From the NCBI GenBank assembly GCA_035084275.1, contig CM068752.1:13144001-13208000 (forward strand): a DNA stretch of 64,000 bases, in the 5' to 3' direction. This DNA is from Hydrolagus colliei (Eukaryota). A program made the position numbers and the translations under genes. The notes beneath the pieces are model-generated. The model made no database searches. It had not been told where the DNA came from and was given only the letters and a program-made list of their open reading frames with translations. Positions 35,986-50,100 of this stretch are shown here, in pieces; within the stretch, counting starts at the first letter, position 1, and the number at the start of each line of letters is the position of its first letter.

Positions 35986-36484
35986 TTTAAGAAAGACTGC
36001 AATGATAAGACAGTAAAATGGGTAATCTGGAAGAATTGTTCTCAGAACCACAGTGTTTTTGTTCCTGTAACACTGGCTCTTGCTAGGGAGAATAGTTCTT
36101 CAGCCAGCAGCCTCTCTTGACCACCACCCACCCCACCCCCCTCCCCACACACACAATCACACAGATATGTATCTTCCTTGGGCTATCCTCCCAATGCAAT
36201 TTGTTTGTTGTGGCTGCACTTCATGTGTGTGGCAACATTGTGAGTGATGGCAGCCTGTTTGGATGTAACCATTGAAGCTCTCAGCTGAATTTTAATTCTG
36301 TCCTTGTCCAGCGCTTACACACACAATTTCCACAAGGGATTCCCCTCTCCTCCTCAGGTCTAAGGTCACTGGCTGATTTCCCTCTTTTCCCCACCCCCTC
36401 CCCACATCTCTCAACTCTAGGAACACCAATTGTGTCCTTCCATCACTTTTTTGGGGGTCTGCCACATGCGGAAATCCATCGCCG

Positions 36485-37030
36485 TGCTTAAGAGTCTCCA
36501 AACCAAGCTGAGATTTCCATGAATTCCCATCTACACATGGAAATCTCTGGGACAGATTGTTGGAATGGAATGTGCACGTTCTCTCTCTCCCTGCAAGGAC
36601 TCATTCTGTTTACCTAATTCCAGAAAGCGTTAGTTGCAGCTTGGCAAGAGCCAAGGCTTGGGGACCCCAAATTGTGCTTTGGAGTACTGCTGAAGTCTAA
36701 CTAGCAAAAACTGCACAACTTGCCATTGATATTACTGTCCCACCCTACCTGTTAGAGCTTTGCCTTGCAGGGTTAACAACAACAACAACAACAACAAAAT
36801 TACATTTGTATAGCACCTTTCATGTTGGGAGGATGTCCAAAAGCATTGCAGGAGATGAGTGGGTTGACTATCTGCCCCCAATCATTGGTCTGCCATTTCT
36901 GGTCAAGCTGATAAACCAGGCTGGCTTTGCTGTCATCAGCAGTACCCTGGAATATTGCAGACCAGCCTGGTTTAGAAACCGGACTACCGAGACCGGCACA
37001 GAAGGCTGGCTCGATTCCAACATTCCATTA
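36485..37030 (-). repeat. Unclassified old ~500-bp dispersed repeat, copy B (with L2-tail insert ~36778-36845)
   Basis: Reverse-complement similarity to 1730-2215. Confidence 0.8.
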
Positions 37031-39534
37031 CCATCATCCTGAACTACACAACTAGCATTTATATAGCATCCCTTCACATGGCGTAGGATCCCGGAGCAGT
37101 ATCCTCAGATGAGATCAGCATTGAACAGGAACTGAAGCTGGAACTTTCCTGTTCTGTGTGGGTCAGTTCGACACCAGCCGTTACATTAATGGATTAGAAA
37201 CAAATGTCGGTTTAACTGTACAACACATAAATATTGAAAAAAAAGATATTCACAAATAGGTTAGTACAAATATATCATTAAATCAAAAATGAGAATTCTG
37301 CTAGATTGATTCTTGCTTTTAAGTATTACTCCACTATTACCCCAAAACAGAATTGCTAATGCTCACTTTGCACAAACCAGTGCACTTCCCTTTCATTATA
37401 AATAAGACAGTTCAAAACACCGTACCTTCTTTGTGCTCTAATTCCTCTACCAGAGCAGGGCTCCTTCACACTATGCTAAAGAAGCAGAGCTGCAGGCTCA
37501 CTCAGTAAGATCTCTCCTATTGATAAACTAGCCTTCCCTCTTGTTAAAGGGCATTAAAATAAAATATAAACAATGCAATACATAGAGGCAATGGGAAACA
37601 CAGCATCACAGGCACACATATATGTCTGACTAATGAACAACTCATTATATCTCCAAAGGTCAAAGAATTGAAGCAATTCATAAATCAGTGAGCACAAGAA
37701 CATGGAAATGTTAATTTGATCAAGACTTTGATACTACAAGTCTGTGCAGACAGTTGACATTTAGTAACACTGAGCTGAAAGACAGGACTTATTCATTCCA
37801 GTCTGCAATTTAATGGAATCATTGACAATTTATTTATTGTTGTAGAATATTTGTCCAATAAATCCATAAAGATTTTTCCCACCATTTCAAACTAATTAAC
37901 AAGACAAGGGATTCTCAACATTTAACATTTAAGAGACTGGTCACGCTCAAACTAATGCCTGTAGCTCAACACTTGTAGATCTATTTATGACAGGAGATCA
38001 TTTAGTCCATCATCTCTGTGCTGGTGCTAGCTTCCTCAGCATATTGCATTCCCTTGCTCTTTCCCTACACTCTCTTAATTTGAATCATCTACATGCATTT
38101 ATCAATCTGTTTGCCAACAAAATGCAAAAACAATCCTTTTTGAAAACACATTATTAAATTCTGTAAGAGACTCAACTTCCATAGCCACTAGTGATAAGGA
38201 ACTCCACATTCCGACAATGCTATGTGCAAAAATATTTTTCAAACTTTCTTTTGGTGAAAATCCTCAGTTTATGCTGCTTGTTACTGTTTCACCAATCGTT
38301 GGAAATAATCTGCCTTCTTAAAACCCAAATTTTAAACATATCCTTTTTAACCTCAACATTTTTTTAAAAAAGCGTAACATGTTGTGCAGTCTTACTTCAA
38401 GTCAATTATTTATTCTAAATTAAGAAATACATTAAGTAACACAACGCAAAAGTACCACAGGCATGAAGATGAAAAAATGTCCAACCTGCACAGGAGGGTT
38501 TAGTGAGAGTCCAATCTGTCTGTGTAGACTGAAGGTATTGCAGGGAGTCAGTCACAAACCTGAGCTGTGCATGGCACAGTGCTCACAGTCAGCATTACCC
38601 ACTGGGTTGCCTGAAGTCACAACAAGAGCTTGAGAGATGGAACAATACCACACAATAGAGGGTGAACATAAGAGAATGATCACTTTCAATCAGCTGTTTG
38701 TACTCCCTGTTCCACAAGCCCTCCCGCCAAGAAGTCAACCCCTGATAGGACTGAGACCAAGTCAGTCCCTATCTGGTCCTGGAAAAGTGAGGCTGAATAC
38801 AGACTCTGTTGTCAGTCCCTCCTCACTGATTATTCCACTCCATTTCATTATTGTTCAGCACAAACAGCACACCCCCCAGCAGATAAACTGTGATTAAAGA
38901 AATCTACATTGAGTCAGTGATATCCTAAATAATCGATGGCAACATTTCCTTTTAAAGTGAAATTTCAATTACGTTTTGGCTGATATGAAAACGTGGTGTG
39001 TTATGTCCTTTTTTATTGGTGCAAAATTACAATAAAACAGTATATTTGTGTGGGATTTAAATTTCCAGTTAAGAGAAGCCTGACCTTTTGCATTGCATTT
39101 TTTTAAAAAAATGTTGAATCCCACACAAGTTGTGGGTTTTATGACGGTGTTAACTCTGCCTTACAGAAGCTGGATGTTGTTTCACTTATTATTGTGGCCA
39201 TGCATTGAGTTCATATATCATGGACACAGCAACAACAAATTACAATGGTATAGTGCCTTTAACATTGGAAGGACATTCCAAGCCATTGACACTAAGTGAG
39301 AAGAGTGCAGGTGAACAGAGAATTATGATTTAATTACTTTATGCGGATAAAGGTGAACATGTGGAATGGGTGGAAGAAGATTGAGTCAGCAAATTCAAGA
39401 ATAAATTAAGATGTTATTTGGAGAAGAAATGGCTTCAGGGGCTACATAGGTTTTTACATTAATCATTAATATAGCAAAATATTTCACCTAGTCTTAGTCG
39501 GAAAACCCTTTATCTCTTAACATTTAAAGTTACG

Positions 39535-39840
39535 CAGCATTATGGTTAGAGCACTCGCTTTACAAGTGTGACACCTGTTTTCGAATCCAGGCAGGTCATG
39601 ATGAAACCTTGAGCAAAGTTCCATATTCCACATGCTTAATAATAATCCCTCAAAATAAAAATACAATAATAAAATTTCTATCCACGACTGTTTGTGAGAC
39701 ACTGCTGTGCATAATTGGTTACCGCATTTCGCCCTCAAATATACAGTCAATTCACTTTACATTATATTCTGTGAAGCGCTTTGAGTCGTCTAGAAGACGT
39801 GAAAAGTGTTATATCAAATGCAAGGATCATGTATTATTAT
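39535..39840 (+). mobile_element. Composite tRNA SINE
   Basis: ggttagagcactcgctttacaag..gttttcgaatccaggcagg head, core and tail. Confidence 0.85.
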
Positions 39841-40494
39841 AAATGGCAGGGACTGAAAGTATTACTCTTTTTTAAAAAAAAAAGCCGGCTTGGACATAAT
39901 GGACTTCTCTTTAAGGTTTAAGGTTTTAGTGAAATTTCAGGCCTTGAGTCTCAAAATAGGGAATCCTGCCACTGAGCAGGGTATGTCACATAATCTCAGG
40001 ATTGCTGAGATGCTGCCTGACCTGCTAAGTTTTCCCAGCAACTTCTGTTTTTGTTTCAGATTTCCAGCATCTGTAGTATTTTGTGTTTTGTTTGCTGAGA
40101 CTTCCTTCTGGTTTGGTTGAGGCAGGGATCTGCACTGTGTTGTGGTACATGGGATTAGACTGTGGCATTGTCAAGCTACCCCGTGTGAATGGAGCTATGT
40201 AAATGCAAATTGTTGTGGTTGTGGTCTGAGGATATCTGTGCCCTATCTTGTTCCTGATGGAATTAAGAGATTTAATAGTAAAGTCCTTTGAAGCGTAGCT
40301 GAGATGCTGTGCTCCTGGTTACAAGAATTGCTACCGTAAGTATGAGCCCAAGATGATGGCGTTGAATCACTTGGAAACAGCTTCGCTCACAACAATCATG
40401 CCAAAGCTCCAGTTGAAGGATAAGAATGATGTGTTTTTCTAAATAAGGGGAACAATTAACTTTTAACCAATTTGGGATTTTTACGTAGTCTATA

Positions 40495-40720
40495 TGAGTT
40501 TGTGTGTCTGCAGATATGTACATGTACATGTTTATGAACATATATGAGTGTGTGTGTATGCACTCAGATGTGTTCATGTGTGTGCTTGTATGAAATAGCA
40601 TGTACATGAAAGCATGTGTGTGCACACAATAGTGTGTATTAAAATGTATGTGTTCACGTGTCAATGTTTCTGGATGGTTGTATAGTTGAGTGTATGTGAA
40701 TGGTGTTTGGCTATTTTAGT
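40495..40720. repeat. Degenerate (TG)n/(TA)n simple repeat
   Basis: tgtgtgtatg/catgtacatg units. Confidence 0.75.
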
Positions 40721-42694
40721 AACGTGCTTATTCTAATTATGTTGATCGCACTTTAATGCAACTTTTCTGCATTGTTAACAACAACAACAACAAAATTGCA
40801 TTTGTATAGCGCCTTTCAGGTTGGGAGGACGTCCCAAGGCACTGGATAAACAAGTAAGTAAACAAGATTCAAATGTAAATACAAGTGACTTTGGTTCCTC
40901 AGTTCATGGGTGTTTGAATGATAATAATAATTCTGGCAAACATAATAAACTGGATTCAATCAAGTGATTAATTGCACAAATAACAACACTTTGAAACCCA
41001 ACATTTAGATGTGATCTTTGGGTGTGGAATTGTATATTTTTTTGGATACTATACAAAATGCTGAAGAGATAACTTAAGTAACTCCCCACGATGCTGTGTT
41101 TGCTAAATTAAACATTATGTCAAACATTTAAGTCGGGTGTGGATTTGATCCAGTTTTTAAACCAGCTGAAATTAACAAACCAGCTTCAAACAACATCAAC
41201 AACTACTTGCATTTATAGAGCACCCATCATACGGGCATCGTCTTGCAGCAAACACTGACAGAAAGGAACTGATCGGAATTAAATGAGTAACTAACTTGGC
41301 TGGATATATAGAAAATAATAGTTCTGACTGCAGACCAGAGCCAAGCACCAAATGTCTGATTGTGGGATTCTTGTCTCTGTTATATTTTCCCTGCTAAGTT
41401 ATATCCTCTAATAGGGGCTTTTCATATCCTAGATCTCATCTCTATTTGACTTAATTTCATGTATAATGAAGGAGATTCTCTACAGAAATACATTGATAAA
41501 CTTACACCTCCCTCCATTGTTCTTCAGTCCCTTCCCAGTTTTCTATATCTGGCCAAGCTGCTTCCTTATTTTAGTTCCTTTCTGTCTGTGTTTGAAGCAC
41601 TCATGCTTGTTGATATCAATACTCAATAGCCAAAGGTTCATCTCATTGTCTGGAGCTCTGACCAACCCTACTTTGCCTTGATTTCTCTCCTGGTGCATTG
41701 AAAACCCTCATAAAATGACACTTCTTCTGGTCTATGCTTTTGGCCTGTGCAATCCCTTCTGTACTGGAGCAATGCCATGGCATGTAGGTTGCTGCAGCTG
41801 CACATTCCAGCCGCCCTGCCGTCTGACCTCAACACCCGGGCAGTGCATGGCACTGGGCAAAATCCACTGGCAGGACATTGTTCAAACCTACCAGCTGACA
41901 GATAATGGCTTTAACTATATTAAAGAGCAATCAACAAAAATAATCAAAATAATCAAAATCATCGTTCGTTATTTCCCCTCATACAAAATCTGTTTTAAAA
42001 AAGGATATTTAAATTACAGCATTAAAACATGCAATGTCATGCTCCTTTAGGCAAGCAAAGCACTTCATTTTCTGAATGCCTTGTGTGATTTTATCCCACT
42101 TGTGTTTCTGACGGTGATATCTTTCATCCCACTCGGCCTGTTGTGTTGTGAGTCACTTGCCTCACCAGTGATGTGGAAGCTCTGTTTAATTATTTGCTGA
42201 CAGATGAAACTGTACAAAGAAAAGAGAGGAGAAATCATTGTTTATAAAAGACAAATAACACTTACAAGTCCAGCTATTGAACAACAGGCAAATGTTGAGG
42301 CAATCTGTCAGCTGGTCCTAAAATCTCAATCAGTAACTGTTTGAGGCGAACAGTTAGGAGCATTGGAACAGGAAGAGGCCATGTAGCCCAGCAAACCTGT
42401 TCAAACTAGTTTATTAGATCTTGATAGATCTTTTATTCCCAATGTCCCTTAATTTCCCCCCCCCCAAAACCCTTGATTAACTTTCCCCCAAATCCTTAAC
42501 TCAACTACCCAAGTCTCTGTCTGTCTCTCCTCTAAACATCTCTATTGATTGGTGGATGAGGGTTTCTCTAATTTAAAGCAGCCAGCAGGGATATTATGTA
42601 AGGTCAAGTTTGAATCTTCTTATTATATAAGGAGAGTCATACTTGACCTTATATATGATTTTCTTAAGAAAGTAACCTTAGAGTATCAATAGAC

Positions 42695-43300
42695 AACAAC
42701 AAAATTACATTTGTATAGCGCCTTTCACGTCAGGGGACGTTCCAAGGTGCTGGATAGTTACTGCTTCAGACCCGAGCTGAGGACAAGGGGTTGCCGATAG
42801 GTCCATTGAAGAGGAGATTCTTGAAGTGGGACTTGAAGGAGGCCAGGGAGGGGGCGAGGCGGAGGGACTTCGGGATGGAGTTCCAGAGGTTGGGGGCAGA
42901 GTGACTGAAGGCTTGCCTGCCAATGGTTGGGCGGGTGGGTTGGGGGACGTGGAGCAGGCCAGAGGGGAGGGGGCAGGCAGGTTGGTAAGCGGATAAGAGG
43001 TCATGGATGTAGGGTGAGGTGAGGTTGTGGACGACTTTAAATGTTAGGACCAGGATCTTGAATTGGATCCTCTGGATGATGGAGTCGGGCAAGGATGGGG
43101 GAGATGGAGTCATGGAACGGTAGAGGACATGGGCTGCATAGTTCTGGATTATCTGCAGCCTGTGGAGGGAGGAATTGGGAAGGCTGACCAACAAGGCATT
43201 TCCATAATCGAGCCGGGATGTAATGAAGGTATGGATGAGGGTTCCAGGGACTTTAGGGGTGAGGTAATGGCGGAGTCGGGAAATGTTGCGGATTGTGTGA
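42695..43300 (-). mobile_element. L2 3' fragment
   Basis: LHRLQIIQN..QRIQFKILVLTFK..GRQAFSHSAPNLWNSIP motifs plus tail. Confidence 0.88.
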
Positions 43301-43804
43301 ACACATGGCAGTGAATGTAGTGTACGCGAATATCTGGAAGATCATTGATAATGAAGTGGGAGATGATCAGAGGAAATTCTTGAGATGGGCTTTGAAAATG
43401 TTTGTTTACTTATCTATTGAGGCTGCAGAATTAGGGAAAAGTGGGGTTGGGTAGGAATTTCAAAGTGAGGATGAGGATCTTAAATTTGATCCCTTCGGGG
43501 ATGGCAAGAAGTGTGGCTGAGCCAGGATGGAGTGATAGGTTGATGGTATCTGGTCCAGGAGAGGCTGTAGAGCCCTGGATAGGTTGCAGCTTGTGTAGCG
43601 AGGAGCTAGGAAATCCGGTGAGGAAACTGTTACAGGAAACTAGATGATCAGATAGAGGTGTTTAAATTATTAAAGGGTTCAATAGGTCAGTTGGTATGGT
43701 CCAAAATAGGGAGGTATAAGACAGCGAAAATGTAGCTGAGGAGGAAATTTACACAAAAGATGTCTAGAATATGGAACTCATTGCCAGGAAGCTGTGATTG
43801 AAGT

Positions 43805-44500
43805 AGAAAAGAACAACAATAAAATTACATTTATAGTGCGCCTTTTCACATTGGGAGGATGTCCCAAGGTGCTGAACTGTCAGGGGTCGGGACCTGAGCA
43901 CGAGGGTGGGGGGGCTGGGTGGGAGGGAGGGGAGGGAAGGTGGGAGGGTGGCAGAAGGCATAATCGAAAAGGGAGAGTCTTGAGACCATCCTTAAAGGAG
44001 GTAAAGGAGGAAGCGAGGCGAAGGGGCTGTGGGATGGAGTTCCAGAGTATGAGGTCAGAGGGGCTGAAAGCCCGTCCACCAATGGTAGGGTGGGTCGGAT
44101 GGGAGACAGAGCAGACTGGAGTCCGCTGAATGGAGGGGACGGGCAGGCTGATAGGCAGGTCAGAGAGATAGAAAGGGGCAAGGCCGTGAATGGCCTTGAA
44201 ACTTAGGACGAAGATATTGAATTTGATCCTTTGGGGGATGGGGAGCCAATGGAGCCAGGCGAGGGTGGGAGTGATGTGGTCATGGGACTTAGTGCAGGAG
44301 AGGACATGAGCTACAGAGTTTTGGATGATTTGCAGCCTGTGAAGAGAAGAGCAGGGAAGGCCAACGAGGAGGGAGTTTCCGTAGTCGAGCCTTGATGTGA
44401 CGAATGCATGGAGGAGGTTTTCGGCAGCCTGACTGGTGAGGTAATGGGAATGTTACGGAGGTGGTGGAAGACAGTGCCGGTCATGGCGCGGCTGTGGGGG
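43805..44500 (-). mobile_element. L2 3' fragment
   Basis: Same L2 C-terminus and tail. Further L2 fragments at ~5690-5900, 19490-19800, 20465-20600, 24530-24730, 26470-26860, 34230-34620, 45020-45540, 45875-46090, 55840-56200, 56740-56860 and 57370-57780. Confidence 0.85.
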
Positions 44501-45539
44501 AGGAAGGAAGGAATTAGTTGGAAGGAAACCTAATCCATACATGAGGGAGAAAGGAATAAAGGGATATGGAACAGGAGATTCAAAGGGATACAAGTTTATA
44601 TGGAACATAAAAACTGATATGGATTACTTGGACTGAATGGCCAGTTCCCGTATTGTACCATATATTCAAACTTTCATCAGACCCCTTAATACTTTAATAT
44701 CCAAATATCTGTCCATCCCTCTTTTAAACATCCCTAGTGCTTCCCCCCTGGCTTTCTGGTATTTCCTGACCTCAGATTGAACTGACTTAGTTATGGTTGG
44801 AAAGTTGTGCTCCCTTGTAATAGATCATTCTATCAAAGGGAAGACCTGTCCACTATCTATCCTATCAATTATTGGAAATTAATTATTTAATTATTGGAAA
44901 TATGGAAATCAAATCACTCCATTTCCGAAACAACTACAACAATCTACACTTATATAGCTCCCTCCATGCTGGGTAGAGTCTAAGAGTGTTTAACAGTGGT
45001 TGAGCCTGACATTGAGCCAGGGTAGGGGGTTGCGAAGGTTAGATGTAAGTATGGTTGAAGAGGAAAGTTTCCAGGCAGGACTTGAAGAGGGGAAGATGGG
45101 GGGAAGGTGGATAGATTGATGGAGAATGTTCCAGAGTTTCAGGGTGTAGTGGCTGAAAACACGACTTCAGATGGTAGACAGAGGGTGCGAGGGATAAGCA
45201 GGAGGTCAGTGGCAATTGCGGTGAGGCGCCGGGAGGTGGTTTGTGGAATGAGGAGAGGTAGGGAGGTACCAAGGAATTAATGGATTTGACCACGAGTGTG
45301 AGGAGCTTGAAGCTGATGTGTTCGGTGATGAGAAGCCAGTGGAGCCTGGGTCAGAACTGGTGAGATGTGGGTACGGAGTACGGTATGGGTCAATATGTAG
45401 GCCACAGAGTTCTGAAATCAGATGGATCTTTTATATGGTGGAGCTGGGGAGACCGGCTAGGAGTAATCTAAATTGGAGTAATCTAAGCGGGAGGTGACAA
45501 ACGCATGCTCGAGGATTTCGGGCTGTATTTGGGGTAAGA

Positions 45540-45872
45540 TATAATAATAATAATAATAATCCTTGCATTTGATATAGCGCTTTTCACATTTTATCGATGT
45601 TTCAAAGTGCTTCACAGAATATACAGTGAAATGAATTGACTATATTTGTGGGTGAAACATGGCAGCCAATTGTGCACAACAATGTCCCACAAACAGTAGT
45701 GGATTGAATTTTATTATTCATTCCAATTTTATTTTTGTGTTTTTTTTTGATGAATTATTATTAGGCGTGTGCAAGGAAACTTGCCCAACATTTCACCCTG
45801 ATCTGCCTGGATTAGAACACAGGTCTCACGCATGTAAGGCGATTGCTCTAACCACTGAGCTACAGGAGCTCC
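45540..45872 (-). mobile_element. Composite tRNA SINE
   Basis: Reverse complement of the full head, core and tail. Further full or partial copies at ~6240-6530(+), 22290-22445(-), 25148-25345(-), 26170-26365(-), 27690-27965(+), 48235-48400(-), 52845-53045(-) and 61660-61790(+). Confidence 0.85.
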
Positions 45873-46399
45873 ACTGTCGGAGATGAGCAATTTGCCAGAG
45901 GTGGAAAAAGGCAGCCTGGTCAGGGACCAGATGTGGGGGAGGAAGGACAGCTTGGGATTGAACTGGATGCCTAGATTGCACACTTGTTTGGTGTGTCTGA
46001 TGGAGAGCCCAGGGAGGTTGTGAAGTTTAAAACCACAGGAGTGAAGATGTTGACGGGAACCAAGGAGTATGGTTTTCATTTTGTCCAATGATCACCTGCT
46101 CTCCTTTAAAATAATAGAAGCCCTTTTAATCCAATTCTCTACATCATTTAAAATACTTTGGGGGGACATGGCATTGAGCATTATATCCATCACCTTTTAG
46201 TGAAGCACAATCATACTTGAAAAAACTATTCTACATCTCTCTTTTAAACAACCCTGGCCTCGCCAACAAGCCCCCAAATGCCCCCAAAATTCACGGCTGT
46301 TGTGCAATGAGATGTTAAACTGTGGCCCAGTCTGTCAGTCGGATAACACATTCCAGCAACTTTGGGTCCAAACCTCAGTTTCCTCATCAGCTATCTTTG

Positions 46400-47160
46400 A
46401 TGACCTTGATGTTCTAGAGATCCAAGTCCAATGCTGAGCACCAGGCTTACTTAGCACCAGTTCAATCCAGGTCCTCATGTGAGCGGCCTTGGCAAACAGA
46501 CCACTCTGAATCCGCCTCCCTCTCCATGGTGCATAGTAACAGGTTAGTGTAGGCTGGAGTACTCCCTCCTACAGGCGCTTGCAGATGTTTGCCACAAATC
46601 CACCTTGACTTTGCGGATGGATACCACTGCCTCTCCACTGCTTCCCCCGGAGCTCAGATCTATAAAGGAGGATTGTTTACACATGAGTCTTGCATGCCAC
46701 AAGCTTGACCTGCATTGGGGCTTTGTTGTCCTTGAAGAGAATGAGCATGACCAGAGAGCCCCTCTCCCATTCTCAGCGTGGTCCTTCAGGACATTGTCCA
46801 GGCCACAGTTGGTGTCCACCATGACCCAGTGGTACTGATAAGAATCAACAGTTGGGACTGATACCCCTTGTATCTTTCAATCAATTCCTTTGATGTCTTC
46901 CCTTGGGCCGTGCAGAACCGTGATTCCACACTTGGGGGGCAATTACCATCAGGTGGCCTAGTGTTCAAGATGGCGGGTGCAACGCAGAAAGTCCCCAATG
47001 AGTCCACTAGCCACATAATATCATCTGCAAACAGAAGCAAGGCAATCCTGTCATTGGGGCCTTGAACATCCTTCCTCCTCAATGGCATCCAACATATCAT
47101 TAATGGACACATCAAACAGGGTGGGAGACAATATGCAGCATTGCCTCCCCCCACCTTTCC
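46400..47160 (-). mobile_element. Degenerate non-LTR retrotransposon relic (clade uncertain)
   Basis: Minus ORF 46786-47154 contains RIALLLFADDIMW (RT YADD-type motif); GC-richer than flanks and unlike the local CR1/L2 copies. Confidence 0.45.
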
Positions 47161-50100
47161 AGCGGGATGGGCTCAGAGAGCTCTAGTGGCAGAACGAGCC
47201 TCAGTCCAGAGATAGTAGGCCAATGGCCTCCGCTTATTGTGAACTTTCTATGGTTTTATTTCCCAAACTGAAACACACCATTGTTTTGAGTCCTTTGGTA
47301 AACAAAGCCTAATTGTAAACTTGTATACTACGCATTGATCATACAAAAAGGCAAGCTCCCAACAGCACCATTTGTAGCTGTGCTGCCAGATCAGTGTTTG
47401 GGGAATTTGTAGCTGAAGCACTGATAATAAAAATAATGATCCTTGTATTTGATGTCGCACCTTTCACAATGCGAAGTGCAGTTGCTGTGGGTTTTTTTTC
47501 GGAAAATGCGAAGCAATATCCCACAAAATAGCTATGAAGGAAATGACCAATATTAACCGGGGAATTGATGGCTAGGATATCAAGAGAAACTTTCTCTGTT
47601 TGGGAATGATGTCATGGGATCTTTAATATTCACTTGAACAAAAAATATAGCATTCCCCTTGTATTGGTGTAGTAAACTAGACTGTTCAAAGTCTCAACAT
47701 AGGTTTTAAACTTAAAACCTTCTGACTCAGAGGTGAGAGTGCTACTAGCTGAGCAAGGCTGATAATGCAGTGTAAAGTGACCCAATATTTTTGTTTCAAA
47801 CTAATGTAGGGGTGTGTAGGATCAGAAGTGACCATTGAATGGTCCCAATTTAAAACAAATCTTTGATATTTTATTTTTGATACTTCTCGAATAGCAGAGC
47901 CAGCGAAAGTTCACCAGAGAACAGCAAATTCTTGCTACTTTCAAAATATGCTTCCACAGCTGTGTTGCTCACCATTTCTCTCAGAACTCAGCAGTTCTGG
48001 TGCCAAATATCCATTTAGGGAGGGGGAGAAATGAGATTACGGAAAAACGCTGCATGGCTAACAGATACCTTAAGTCTTACGTTATATTATTATTATAAGA
48101 ATTATTGTAATTAATATTTGCCTTTAAAAGCTAGGAACATGTAAAAGATATTTTGGATTGAAGAAAAATACAATGGTTTGAATAAAATCAGCTTCCGTTG
48201 TTTTAGTCTCATTGAGGTGATGAAATAAGAGAAAGATAAGAATAATCCTTGCATTTGGTATAGTGACTTTTACGGCTTTTAGACACCTTAAAGCGCTTCA
48301 CAAAATATACTATATTTTGATTATAGATTTGTGGGCGAAACGCGGCCGCCAATTGTGCGCAGCAGTGTCCCACAAACAGTGTTGAATTGAATGACCGAAT
48401 TTAAAAATAAACTTTTTTTTAATATTCAGATTATTACCCCCAGAAAGTGACTGTGTGTTATGTGAGTGAAAGTTACTGCACAGAAGAAGGCCATTCAGCC
48501 TATTGAGTCTGACAATTATTTCAGTCCCATTAACCCACTCTTTCCCTATAACCCTGTAGTTGACTCTTCATAATTCATCTTTAAAATGCAATGTAAATAA
48601 ATTGTTATTATCATGTAGGTGTTAATTGCAATTCTAGATCATAGTTAGATTTATAATCTGTTAAAAGGAGTTCTGTGTTTTTAAGTTTTATTATCAAAAT
48701 AGAAATGATGTAATGTAATGATGTAATAAAAATTTTTGAAGTAGGAATAAGTTTCATACATCAGTACATGTTTTATTCTCTATAGTATAACCCTGTAATA
48801 ATGCATTTCATTGTGGTGTCAATTTTCTTAAGCGGTTGGAATGTGGACTTTATTCACTGCATATATTCACAGCTCACTTCCTCTGCGACAGCTATCTTTT
48901 CACACTAAAATAGCTGACTTCCAGTTGATCAGATCACTGTCAACATCACCTTCTGTTTTTCTGTGCATGTGATGGTGATAACCTAATAGCTTAGAAGTCA
49001 ATCATTTTAACTTCCCATTGGAAAGCAAATAGCCCAATTCTGATTCATTTAGTGCTATATCATCTCCCACTTTGTGAATGTGCAGAAATCAGGAAGCGAT
49101 GTTGTGGTGTTCCAATGTCACTGAAGTCATCCATTTCACATAATAAATAATCCTTGCATTTGAACTAGATGTTTGCCTTATCCTATTTGTTGTGTTCTTT
49201 GAGCTTTGCTGGATAAACGTCTCAAAGACCTTCCTAGATACTGAAGGAGCATTGAGCATGGAGAGCAAGAATAATTTAAAGTTGTGGACCAAAGACACTG
49301 TCAAGGAGAAAAAACTTTAAAAGGAATTTGAAGGCAGGAAAAAAGGAACATGGAAAGGGATATGGGGGTGCAGAGAGATCCACGCATTAATAAATGTCAA
49401 GACAACATTAATTCATCCAGAAATATATTTGGTAATCCAATTTACTATTCTCTTCACTTTACTTGTGAAGTTCCTCATTCACAAAATAATAATCTAAACC
49501 TAAACAAACCCTCCTAAGGGACCATCGGTTTCTTGCTGCGGGGCTGGGTGACTAAACCACGAGATCCCACTCATGCTTTCAATAACATCAATGAATTGTT
49601 GCAGCAAAAGAATACAGCCAATGAAAGAACCATGGTCTCAGAACACCACAGAACAGTCATTACCATTTAATCAATAAGGGCTGCTATTGTCATCTCCACT
49701 GAGCAGCACTGCTCTCATGGGCTTTTGCAAACAGCAAAGAACCTCCGACAACTTCGTTTTGCTAAGATCACTATCAGAACTTGACAAGAAAGCTTTTAGA
49801 AACAGCTACTTATCACTTGGATATTCCAAGCACACACAAAAAAGACTGACAAATATTTTGAAAAACTCATTTGCAGCTCCACTTTGTTTATTTGCTCTGG
49901 AACTAAAGTTCTGCCCTACCCTACCCACACAGCACAGCAGAAATCTGGACTATGCGACCCGCACTCAACTTGTACAACAAACAATGAGTGTTGATTTGGT
50001 TACCAGCTGAATGATATTATGATTGACAAACTGTACTTGGAGGTGTCACAGAATATTTTTCTGTATTATTACTGACCAGGTGAAGGGTCTGCCCTGTGGT

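Noticed and set aside
38590-38680. MFTLYCVVLFHLSSSCC as the Siglec signal peptide
   Set aside because: No GT donor in phase 1 follows it.
41715-42050. Plus-strand ORF starting with a signal-like MTLLLVYAFGLC
   Set aside because: Wrong strand for the Siglec, no splice support and no homology recognised.
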